Source of the DNA: Mobula hypostoma
Lineage: Eukaryota
Assembly (NCBI RefSeq): GCF_963921235.1
Contig: NC_086097.1
Coordinates: 63,056,001 to 63,120,000, forward strand
Direction: 5' to 3'
DNA length: 64,000 bases
The translations under genes and the position numbers were made by a program. Position 1 is the stretch's first letter, and each line of letters begins with the position of its first letter. This document shows positions 38,784 to 50,143 of the stretch, piece by piece. Below the pieces are notes generated by a model. That model did no database searches and had not been told where the DNA came from. It worked only from the letters and a program-made list of their open reading frames with translations.

Positions 38784-38910
38784 GGGGCTTCACCAACCAT
38801 AAGTTGGCTTCCAGATCCCATTCTGCATAGGGCTTCACCAATTAGGAGTTGGCATCAAGGTCCCAGATCAGGCAGGGTTTCACCAATCAGTAGTTAGCAT
38901 CAGGACCCTG
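38784..38910. repeat. Three-copy 45-bp degenerate tandem repeat
   Basis: ggg(c/t)ttcaccaa...agtt(g/a)gc at 38785, 38830, 38875. Confidence 0.75.
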
Positions 38911-39479
38911 CATGTGTTCACTAAGGCAGGCCTGAGAAAATTGTCCAACAAGACATACGATGTGCACTGCGATTTACATTGACTTGGGAGGGCAAACGGT
39001 TTAATATTTATCTGAAAGACATCACACTGACAAGCAGTCTCACAGCCTATATTTTTATATTTAAGCCACAAGACTAAGAGCGATTCCGACTTCTTCAGTC
39101 ATTACATAAATTTCTCCTTTGAACTTGAGTGATCAATTGTAGGATAATAACAGTTTCTAGCCCCAGTTTAACTTCTTCTGATCCAACCCCATGACTTTCT
39201 CCCAATTTCAAGGTTAATGATATGAAGTTCAAAGTACATTTATGGTATTGCAGGGGACAGTATTTTACTGGAAAGGGGCATGTATGATGACCAAAATTTA
39301 ATGTTCAAGCTGGTTTTAGGAGTATTAAATATACATACTCAGCAATTTCTAGAGAAGGTCTTATATTTTTCTGAATCTTCCTCACAGCAGTACTGCAACT
39401 CACCTTCAACAAACTGCTTGGTTGTGCAGTTCTAGGGGATAAATGGGGTAGTTTTCAACCAGTTACACAAATCGTTAGT

Positions 39480-39600
39480 TCAGCCACTTTTAGAGTATTT
39501 TGTGCATATAGGATAGCTATGCTATAGGAAGGATGTGATTAAGCTGGAGAGTGCAGAAAAGATTAACAGAATGTAGCCTGGATTGGAGGGCTAGTGTAGA
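39480..39600 (+). mobile_element. CR1 RT C-terminal fragment
   Basis: tataggaaggatgtgattaagctggagagtgcagaaaagatt (YRKDVIKLE..Q.R). Confidence 0.6.
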
Positions 39601-39619
39601 TTGGATGGGTTGGGATTTC

Positions 39620-39855
39620 TTCCCTGGCCAGAAGGAAGCTGGAGGGTGACCCCCATCTACCTTCCTCCTTACCTGCTTTCCGTTATCACCTGCCAACTTG
39701 TACTCCTTTCCAACTCTCACCACATCCCCGACACCTTCTTATTCTGGCTTCTGCCTCGATCCTTTCCAGCCCTGATGAAGAGCCTGGCCTGAAACATTGA
39801 CTGTTCGTTTCCCTCCATAGATGCTGCCTGACCTGCTCAGTTTCTCCAGCATTTC
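39620..39855 (+). mobile_element. Penelope pseudo-LTR fragment with a hammerhead relic
   Basis: Pyrimidine-rich tract, then cagccCTGATGAagagcctggcctGAAACattgactg; homologous to 60340-60540. Confidence 0.8.
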
Positions 39856-41090
39856 AGAATCAGAATCACTGACAATTGTTCTGAAATTTGTTGCTTTGTG
39901 ACATCAGTAAAATGCAAAGCATAAAAATATTATATGCATTGCTCTAATAAATCAATAAATATTGTAAAAGTGGAATAGTGAGGTAGTGTTCATGTGTTCT
40001 TGGACCATTCAGAAAACTGATGAGGGAGGGAAGGAAGCTGTTCCTAAAATATTTGAGTGTGCATTGTTACGTACCCAGTAACTGGTTTGCCAAACCAGCA
40101 GAAATGGATCACTCAGTTGGAGTCTGGATTACTAGAACTAAGTAAGTTTTATTAAAGAAACAAGCAACACAGTACTCTACTCAAAAGGATAATACATGCA
40201 ACAGTTCAGCAATGATAAACACACATGTACACAGAATTAAAATAACAGGATCAATCAAGCTCTATCGTTGTCTAGGGGTAAATGACCAGTTTCAAAGTGA
40301 CGCAAAGTTCAGTTCAATTTAGCTCAGTTCAGTTCGCAGTAATCGCTGCCATGGCGATGGACAGTGGGGGGAAGGAGAGAGAGAGCAAAACGAATGAATA
40401 TTCAACACAGCTTCCACACAGACCTTCGCAGTCAGCTTTCGGTCGAGTCCTTTGTGATGTCATCTGAGGTCACCGACCGTGACCCCTCCGTTTCCAGATA
40501 TAATCGTTTCCCTGTGCTGAACCTGGCACTCAGGCAAGGGTAGACACGCACCAGGTTCCCACCGATCGTGCCTTTCCACCCTGTGCGTCTATGGCCCGGT
40601 ACTTCCCACCGACTTGTGAGAGACGCACCACTTCCAGGATCTCGTTACCTCGGATGCCGTGTGTGTCCTGCCTTAGCGAACCTGTCCCTTTTTATTCCCC
40701 TGCTGGGGTATCGCCTGTCCATCACTTCAAACAGTTCAGGGTTCAAAGGGGGAGCCTCTCTTGACAGCTCTCTCCTTCTGTTACTCTCTCTCCCGTCCCT
40801 TCATTACACATCTCCAAATCGTCTATCCATCACTTCAAACAGTTCAGGGTTCAAAGGGGGAGCTGCTCTAGATAGCTCTCTCTCCCCCGTCCCTTCATTA
40901 CACATCTCCAAATGCTGCTCCATTGTTTTCCTTATCTCTCTCTCTCCTGAAGACAGGTGGCAGACCAACTGCTGATCCCACTGGTGCCAGCACAGGACAG
41001 CTACATCTTGATCTATGTGTATTCTTGTCATAGCATCTTCAGCTCCTGTACCTCCTCCCAGATGGGCGTAATGAGCAGAGGGCATGCCCT
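39856..41090 (-). mobile_element. Rex1/Babar 3' fragment interrupted by solo LTR B
   Basis: cagaatcagaatc tail; gaagctgttcct...gtgtgcat|LTR|gcatcttcagctcctgtacctcctccc is colinear with 37140-37230. Confidence 0.75.
40065..41032 (-). mobile_element. Solo LTR, copy B (968 bp, internal duplication)
   Basis: TGTTACG...GTCATA, TSD GCAT; highly similar to 14039-14891. Confidence 0.92.
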
Positions 41091-42315
41091 AAGTGGTGAG
41101 CGTCCATCATTGACTCATATACTGAAAACAGTGACTAACTAGATCCTTTTTATTAACAGGTGCATAAACAAAGATCCTTAAACAAGCTACGCTCTGACAA
41201 TAAATGTCTGCAATCAGACTTGAGGAAAGGTAGATGATATCCCATATCTTTGGAGCCTCCTCACAACACAGGAAGCATTAGGATCTCGAAACTGGCACAA
41301 TGCTCATGGTCTACTGCGATACAGTAATCCCAACCTTCCAGAGGATAGTTTTTTGGAGGCAAACGCACCGTTCACTTGTAACACCAGTTGGAAGGTAGGT
41401 TGTCATTTGGTCTGACCACCCTACAAACAACTGGAACCAATCGGCTGAAGGTGCTTGTACCTGTTGCAAACTGAAGACTTAGTTGTTTCCAGCAAGGCAA
41501 CAAGGCATAGTTTATCACTTAGCACATTTATTACCTTGCTGGGCATAGAAATTGGATTCAATTGGGAACAATTATTACCGTCTCTGTTAAAAGATTAGCA
41601 TGATTATTTTTATTTTTCATTAACATATTGGACACATTTATCACTATTTTTCTGGTTGCTATTGATATCTTCATACAACCACATTGTGTTGTATTCACCA
41701 ATAAATACATTTCTGAAATGTTGCATATAACTTCCTCTGTATGACTGATTTGCCTTTGTGATTCTTGGGTTTGAACTAAATAAAACAAATGTCGAACAGA
41801 ATAAACGAGTTAACCACAGAATGACAGAAATTTCTTTTGTGAAATAAATTTGATTGCGGGACATGACATTTAAAACAAAAAAACGTTCCTGGCAATCCTG
41901 ATCAGAACTCATTATGTGTGGTGCTTTCTGGTTACAAATATTTACGCGGAACGGGCTCCTCACATTTTGTGAGCTCAAAGTTCAAAGTGAACCAAGTTTC
42001 ATATTGACAAGGATATTAGAGGCCATGGACTGAATATCTGCCAGAAATATGTTAGATCAGGAAATCCATGGTGCTTTTTTTGACTTCAGGATTCTAGTTA
42101 AAGCCTCTCTTTAACATAAAATAGAGCAGGTCTTTGGCCACTGGAAAACGGCAAGAACCAGCGCTCCCATACCTTTGCCCTACTGTCATGAGAAGGGGCA
42201 TATGCAGTGGATTGCAAGTTTGTTTCCTTTGAATGTTGTTGCTATTCTACAAATATATGCTGTTTTATTTTGTTTTTTTTTTAATTGCTAAAGTCAGCAG
42301 AAAATGGCATGGAAG

Positions 42316-43173
42316 TGTTACGTACCCCGTAACTGGGTTGCCAAACCAGCAGAAATGGATCACTCAGTTGGAGTCTGGAGTACTAGAACTAAGAAAGTTT
42401 TATTAAAGAAACAAGCAACACAGTAATCGAAAGGATAATAAATGCAACAATTCAACAATGATAACCACACATGTGCACAGAATTAAGATAACAGCATCAA
42501 TCAAGCTCTATCGTTGTCTAGGGGTAAATGACCAATTTCAAAATGACTCAAAGTTCAGTCCAGTTTAGTAGTTCAGTTCGCAGTAATCGTTGCCATGGCG
42601 ATGGACAAGGTGGGGGAAGAGAGACATAGAATAGGAACAACTCATCATTCAGCACAGCTTCACTCACAGACCAGCGAGATTGCTCACGAGCAACTTTTGG
42701 GCGGGTCCTTGGTGATGTCACCTGAGGTCACCGACTGTGACCCCTCCTCCAGATGCGGTCGATCCTCTGCAGTGAACCCGGCACCCAGGCAAGGGCGGAC
42801 ACACACCGGGTTCCCGCTGATCGTACCTTTCCACCCTGTGCGTTGTCCGGTACTTCTCACCACTCGTGAGAGGCGTACCGCTTCCAGGGTCTCGTTACCT
42901 CGGGTGGCGTGTGTGTCGTCTTAGCGAACCTGTCCCTTTTTATCCCCCTGCTGGGGTATCGCCTGTCCATCACTTCAAACAGTTCAGGGTTCAAAGGGGG
43001 GAGCCGCTCCAGACAGCTCTTCCTCCCACATCCCCTCATTACACATCCCCAGACGCTGCTCCATTGTTCCTTATCTCTCCTTCCCCTGAGGGCAGGTAGC
43101 AGACCAACTGCTGATGCCACTGATGCTAGCCCAGGCCAGCAAACATCTTAATTTTATGTGTATTCTCGTAACA
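42316..43173 (-). mobile_element. Solo LTR, copy C (858 bp, diverged subfamily)
   Basis: Perfect terminal inverted repeat TGTTACG...CGTAACA, TSD GAAG. Confidence 0.92.
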
Positions 43174-44439
43174 GAAGGTGCTGAGTAACTTACACCCTTC
43201 AGGTTTCTATCCAAGCCAGTTGCTGGAAGAAGCTAGAGCAGTACTGTGATACGGACTCCCATGGTGAGAGCATCTTCGATTGCTCACACATCAATATACA
43301 GGCACCACGCATCAGTGCTGCCCTAGATCAGTAACTATGAATGTCTCGGTGTTGGCAAGAATTGCTTCTTCTCTACATTTCCCACGAACCCAGCTTCAAA
43401 TCTAGGAGTCACATTCTCTGCATACGCAAACTTCACCCACCACCACAACCCACACTCCCTCCATCTCAACTTCCACTCTGACCACTTCATCAAATCTAAT
43501 TTGATTGCATTTTTTTAATTATATGACTGATCTGCTTATTTCCAATGTCATGTTATTTTAACAATTCATACATTTCCGACTTTCTGTTTTATCTTTAATT
43601 TCAAATAATTACTTTTTTAGAAGTTCTTTATATTGAGCAAAATGTTAAGTTAAGTCTGCAAGTATTTTATATAAAGGAAGTATCGTGTTGATTTTAAAAA
43701 ATGTGAAACAGGCTTCAATTCTTTGCTTCCTCTTGGCAGCTATATTAGCCTTTTGATCACAGAACATGTTACTTGATTTGAGCCATTTGTCAAACTGCCA
43801 ATGTAGATAAAATGGAACATAACATCAAAAATCTCATGAAAAATAGTTTAATCTGTGCAAGTTTGGAATTTAGTGCTTGAAAATTACTTTTAAAAGATTA
43901 AATAAAAGACTGAAATAAAAATTCAGCAGAACTGGACGACACATGCACCAAGACATTATAGTTTACCTAGGATTTTACATGGAGAACTGTGGGTTCATTT
44001 TATTCTGATTGTTACTGTTACACAGAAATTCCAGGGTGCTTTGACTTTGCCTCGCAGTGTCGGAGAGAAATCCATAGATTAATATTCCACCATTTTGCTT
44101 CAACATCTCCCACTTTCATGAATTGTTCAATGCAACATAAAATCTACTCCTTCTATAATGACTCCAAACAATATTCTTTGCAATCTACAATTCTGATAGT
44201 GCCCCCTGTTCTGATCAAATGTTGTCAGTTTGCTCTTGTACAAGGATGTAAAAGTAAATTCAAAAATAGAATCCATCAGTTTCATTAAAAAAAAGTGGTT
44301 TGGGAAGCTAAAGTAAATTGCCCTTGATACTGATTTAGGATGCGTAGATTCCCAGGCACAGCAGTGGGTTCACCCCAGGATGATATCATGTAGTCCCAAA
44401 GACTGACATTGCATGAGCCTCTAGGTCTGATATTGCTTG

Positions 44440-44760
44440 AGCTCCATATACCTGGGCCAAGTATTGGTTGCACTCCCAAGATTAGAGTATGTTATTAGCT
44501 ATATCCCAAGCATCCAGACTGAAGAACCAGACTGTGGCTGTGCCCTGAGGACTTGGAGCCAACATTAATTGTGTCTGCAGATCTGGCCTAGCACCAGCTA
44601 GGCCTCAGGAACCTACATGTAACTTTAAGTAGGCACTAAAGGCCTGGATCCACTCTTGGATCTCTCTGGGGACCTGAATTAAGCACCGTCTGTGTCTGAG
44701 AGACCCAGATCAGCACTGAGTGGGCCCTAAAACCCTGTCCTAATATTGTGAGGGAACCAG
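44440..44760. repeat. Highly degenerate minisatellite, period about 30 bp
   Basis: Units such as atctggcctagcaccagctaggcctcagga, gacctgaattaagcaccgtctgtgtctgag, agacccagatcagcactgagtgggccctaa. Confidence 0.45.
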
Positions 44761-44949
44761 TTATGAGCTAGTGCTCAGGCGCACACTGTAGGGATGTCAC
44801 ATTTTTATGTTGAGTCTGTAACTCTGCTCCTCTCTGCTCCAGCCGGTCCCCTACAGTACAGTGCTGCAAGTAAGATGACTGACTTCTTTTCAGTTGTGGC
44901 TGCCATGAAAATTACCTGTACATCATCCCCTTCCTCTGTTGGTTTTAAG

Positions 44950-47900
44950 AGTGGTCCACCAAATCCCTAAGATTGGGGGTTCAGCTCAGGGCTAACAAAC
45001 TTGACAGGTCAAAAAGTACTGTTGCAGAAACACCAATGACGAACTCTTTTTTATCTGTGTGTGACGGTATTCATGAGTCTTCACCCCAGATTTGCACGAC
45101 TGACAGTGGTGAAAACTGAGGTGAAGCTACTGGCAAGACGAAGGAAGCCCTGAACACCACCAAGGTCAAGACCAAAACTGTTTTTTGGAATGGGCAAACC
45201 ATGTACAACACTGGCAAGCCAGCACAAGTAACAGCAGAAATGCATCGTTGCAACCTGCATATGCAGGCAATCACTGAAAGCAGATGGACAGGGTCTGGCT
45301 GGCTAAAGGCAGCAACTGGTGAATCAGTTTTATACTCAGAAAGGAAAGACTGTCAGCATCATAATGGTGTAGCTGTCATTTTGAAGAAAAGCATTAAGAA
45401 GCGCTTGCTGGTGTGGAAACCAATCAACAGTAGACTGATGAGAGCCAGGCTGAAAGGGAAGCAAGTGAACATGACAGCGATCCTGTGCTATGGTCCAACT
45501 AACGACAGTGACATTGAAGAAAAGGATGTATTCTATGAAGAGCTGCATTCTGTGGGAGAATTAACACTATGCCAAAACAAAAACATCGTCATTGGAGATC
45601 TAAATGCCTAAGTGGGAAATAACAACTCACACTTCACTAGGGTCATGGGCACTCATAGATGTGGAATGATGAGCAACTGGTGGAACTCTGTGCCATGAAC
45701 AATGTGATCACAGGAGGAACCATCCTTCCACATCATGAAATCCACACTGGCATGGTGCTCAGCCAATGGGCACGACAAGAACCAGATTGGCCATTTGATG
45801 ATCAATGGTACATGGGGACGATCCTTGCAGGAGGTAAAGGTGAAGAGAGGAGCAGATACAGGAAGTGATCACCACTTTGTTGTAGCAGTGATGAAAGTCA
45901 AGCTGAGAAACACTGGGAACAGAACATATGTACAAAAAATGCTTTGATATTGTGAAGGGCAAGGACACCAGTGCAAGATCTTCCTTCACCATTCAGCTTA
46001 AGACCAGATTCCAGGCCTTGCAATCCCTTGACGTGGATGTGTCAGTAGACAGGATTGATACAAGGTGGAAACGCATTGCCTCAGTCTTCAAGAAGAGCAA
46101 AGAGGCTTGTCTAGGATACAGAGCTGGAAAGAAGAACAAAGAATGGATACAGCAGGAAACGTAGACAACCTTAGAAAACAGGTGGAATATTAAGATGAAA
46201 GTGTTAGATGCAAAGTCAATATGAATTAAGTTTCAACTACAACTAGCATACACTAAAGCTAACAAGAAAGTGAAAAGAGTCTACATGGAAGACCTTGCAG
46301 AGGAGGCTGAAGCAGCAGCCAGTTGAAGTGATCAGGGACACATATACAAGATTTCAAAATTGGTATGTGTAAAGTTCTAGGCCAGATCCAGTGGTCCCGT
46401 GAGAAATTGGAACAGTCTGTTTTTGGATAACTGAAAAAGAGCAAGAAGCACAATGGATGGAGTATTTAAGAGAATTACTGATTAGACCACCACCAGAGGA
46501 AGAACTTGACGTACAAGATGCAGCAGAGGACTTTAGCATCAACACAGATCCACCCAAGAAAGAAGAGATTGTTGCTTCAATTAAATCATTAAAGAACGGC
46601 AAAGCTCCAGGCATGACAATTTGAACGCAGAACTGTTCGAAGCTGAACCAAAAGATACATTCATTGTTTACCATAATCTGGGAATGGGGGAAAATACCCA
46701 AGAACTGGACAAAGGGAATTAATGTTAGGATCCCCAAGAAAGGAACACTAAATGACTGCAACAACTGGGGTGACATCACACTTTTGTCAGTGCCCAGCAA
46801 GATTCTCAACAAAGTCATTGTCCATTGGATTACAGATGGACAATGTGTGCTTGAGGAAAAAGCAGGCTGGCTTCAGGAGAAACTGAGGCTGTGTCAAGCA
46901 GATCTTCCTGCTGTGTAACATCATAGAACAGAGCATGGGGTAGCAGAGACAACTGTATGTGCATTTTGCGGACATTGGAAAAGCTTTTAATAGCATCCAC
47001 ATGGAGAGCCTCTGGCAAATTCTCAGATCATACAGAATCCCTTCCAAGATTGTCCAGCTTATTCAGAGTCTCTATACTAACCTCACCTGCACAGTTGGGG
47101 ACTTCAACTTGAACTTTGAAGTCAAGACAGGAATCACGCGACACTGTGTGATGTTGGCAACTTTATTTAACCTGGTGATTGGCTGCGTTATGAGACGAAC
47201 AGCAAAAGATTAGCAGAGAGGCATGAGGCAGACTGTATTCTCTACTCTAGGAGAACTTGACTTTACAGATGACCTCGCATTACTATCACATACACACCAG
47301 CACATGCAAGAGAAAACTCAGTGCCTGTGTACCTTTCCTGGACAGGCTGGACTCACAGTCAGTTACAGAAAGACTGAGACCATGACCCTCAGTGTAGAGT
47401 CTCCTCCTCCCCTCAGGTCTTATGGCATCAACTTACCCTGCACCGGCAATTCACCTACCTGCGCAATTATCATTTGGCAGGATGGTGGGACCATGCACGA
47501 CATTCAGTGCAGACCCTGCAAAGCTAGAAGCATCTTCAGATCAATGAAAAACATATGGGGATCAACCAAGTAGAGTATCCACACCAATCTGAAGCTGTAC
47601 CAGAGCTGTGTTCTGTCCACACTTCTGTATGGGTCAGAATGCCGGTGCCTAACAGAGAAGAAGCTTGCCAAGCTGTCATCATTCCACACCACAAGCCTCC
47701 AGAAGATCTTCTGCATTTTCTGGCCAAGAAAGAGCTCCAACCATGCTCTACTCCTTCAGTGTCATTAAGAGGACATGGCCACAATCATCATGAGGAAATG
47801 TTGGAGATAGATTGGGCACGTGATGAGAAGATAGGCCAAATCCATCATCAAGACAGCACTTTATTGGACCCCTGAATGACAGAGGAAAGTTGGAAGACCA

Positions 47901-48030
47901 AAGACAACTTGGCAGCACACAGCAGAGGCAGAAATGAGGACTTTGAACCAACAGAGAAGATGGCCAAGGACAGGGAGAGATGGAGGACCTTCATTGCTGC
48001 CCTAAACGCCAGTGGAGGAACAGTCAGGAA
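44950..48030 (+). mobile_element. RTE-clade LINE, near full length, pseudogenised
   Basis: EN: WNGQTMY, ITESRWTGSG, CYGPTN, IGDLNA, GSDHH; RT: IPKKGTLNDCNNWGDITLLS, DIGKAFNSI, DFTDDLALL. Confidence 0.9.
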
Positions 48031-49679
48031 CTAGGGATGTGGGGGCTCAGTGAGGATGTTCAAGACAGGGACTAATAAGTTTTCAGATATTAAGGGATTC
48101 AAGGAACATAAGGTTCTGGTAAGAAAATGGTCCTGGCATTTACATCAGTTAATATTTTATTGAATGATATACCAAGCATAAGAAACTGAATTGCCTATTC
48201 CTACCTCTATTTCTTATGTTCTTCAATTCAAATTAAAGTTCACATAACTTACTCTTCAATATAGCAGTGTAAGTGTTCAATATCTTTCACAGATAAATTC
48301 TGCTACTTTACCGAATAACATTATACTTTTCACTTTTACTGAATAGATTACATTTAGTTCAATTGCATTAACACATCCATCAGCCAAGCAGTTGTATTTA
48401 CAATGGAGAGGATGCTATTCTGCAATCAGATTTTATCTTAAGCTAAATAGCTACTGAAGTTAACCATTGTTGGCAGAGTACAATACATTTTCCAACTACA
48501 GGTATATGTGGTAGGAACAATTCAATTAATTTAATTCATCTCCAAAATGAAGATATTGTTGGCAATACCAGTACTTATTACCCCAATAACTTTGCAAATG
48601 TGAAGCAGTCATGTAAGTGAAATTTAGTAAGGAATTATAGGAATGTTGGTGAAGGAGAAACAATACACTACACAATACACTATTGCCTTGGAGGTTAAAC
48701 ACCATCTGGTATTCTCACAGGTCTATGCTCTGAACCTCTTGGGGGTAGAAATAATAAGGAGTAGCAGCTCTGGTGAGCAATTCCAGTGCAATTCATGTGT
48801 CATACATAGTGTAGCCATGTCACATTGTAAAGGGCAGTATGTTAAATGCAATGGTTAAGGTATCAATAACCAGCTTGCTTTGTCCTAGTCCTGATTTTCT
48901 TCAGAGTTTTCAGGGCTCCTTGCATCTAAGGGAATGGAGAGTACTCAATTGCAATCTTGAATTGTGCCTTATCAATGGTAGAAGGTTTTTTGAAAATCCA
49001 GTGATTCATTCTCTGAGGTAGTCAGCATTTTAGGAACAGTGTAAACCTCTAAGTGGATGTTGTTAAGGAGCTAATGGTAGGCAATGCCTTTGAATGTCAA
49101 CAGAAAGTGGTTAGAAGCTCTTTACTCAAATATGCTCTTTGCCTGGCACTTTTAATGAACATATTCTTTGACAATTATCAATCTACAGCTGAGTGCTGCT
49201 TAAGGTTTGCTTTTTTTGCGGACAGGGAGTTCATCATTTTCTGAGTAGTTTTGAATGAAACCAAACATTGTGCAGCCCTCAGCAAGCATTCTTACTAATT
49301 ACAGTACAATGGAAAAAAGAAATAAGAAATAAATATGCAGTGTAGAAGAGGAGTTACATTTGGGTGAACATTCTGTGGTGCCATTAAGAAGGCGACTCGT
49401 GTAAATCACTCCAATGGAAATCTGCAATATTACCGTTCCAGATTGCTAAAGCTGAAATCCACAGCCACAGCCATGGACAATACAGGTAGCAACGTTGATT
49501 TTGTGCATATAAGAAAAACCATCATAACTCAGAGTCGACAAATCTCACACGGCAGTGTCCCGTCACAAGTGTGGTTCTCCTTTAAGGGAGCAGAAGACAG
49601 GTTGTTGCACTGGATTAAAACTTCTTTTAAAGAGAAGAGAGTTCAGACATTCACTACCAATTACCCTGCTGGCAAATGT

Positions 49680-50143
49680 CGTCGTCGTCGTCGTGGCTAT
49701 CCCTCAAGGTCGAGTATGATGGTCTTCATTTCGTTGCTTTATTTATGGGCTCTCAAATGGCTTACGAGTCCAATCTTATGGCCCACAGAGTGAAGATGCC
49801 TGTGAGTGTATTTGTTTAACATGTACTTGATGTTGCACTCCAAGAAGCACACGATAATTCACAAATCAGCCAACTGATTGCAATGGCATGGAAACCATGA
49901 TGATTGGAGCTGATGGACTTGTTGCAGCCTTCATCCGCCTTCACAGCCATTGAGTTCGAAGTAACTTCATCCGCCTGTTCCACCGCTGAGGTCTTGGTTG
50001 GATTTTCTTTGTCAGGGACCTCACCCTCAACCTTACCACTATGGGTGACCCTACCAGGAGCATAGCTCTAGACGGCATCGCTCTTGGGATCTCAGGACCA
50101 CACAAGCTTCTCCACCATGACAAGGTGACAATCCATGGAGAAG
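49680..50143 (-). mobile_element. RTE (Expander/BovB-like 5'UTR)-derived non-autonomous element, 464 bp
   Basis: Perfect 10-bp TSD TGGCAAATGT (49670-49679, 50144-50153); (GAC)n tail; 5' caccttgtcatggtggagaagcttg resembles RTE-clade 5'UTRs as I recall them. Confidence 0.85.
50068..50143 (-). ncRNA. Candidate HDV-like self-cleaving ribozyme (decayed copy)
   Basis: Manual fold: P1 CUUCUCC/GGAGAAG, P3 ACC/GGU around 7-nt loop UUGUCAU, P4, J4/2 GCGA, imperfect P2. Confidence 0.45.

Noticed and set aside
38784..38910. CRISPR-like repeat-spacer array
   Set aside because: Eukaryotic context, no cas genes, and inter-core sequences are homologous rather than unique spacers
40065..43173. LTR B, 1.3-kb spacer and LTR C as a single non-autonomous LTR element
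   Set aside because: Each LTR has its own TSD, they are different subfamilies, and B sits inside a Rex1 fragment
49443..49793. 116-aa ORF as a host gene
   Set aside because: Chimeric read-through of the Rex1 5' region into the SINE (GTC)n tail, which produces the poly-Arg
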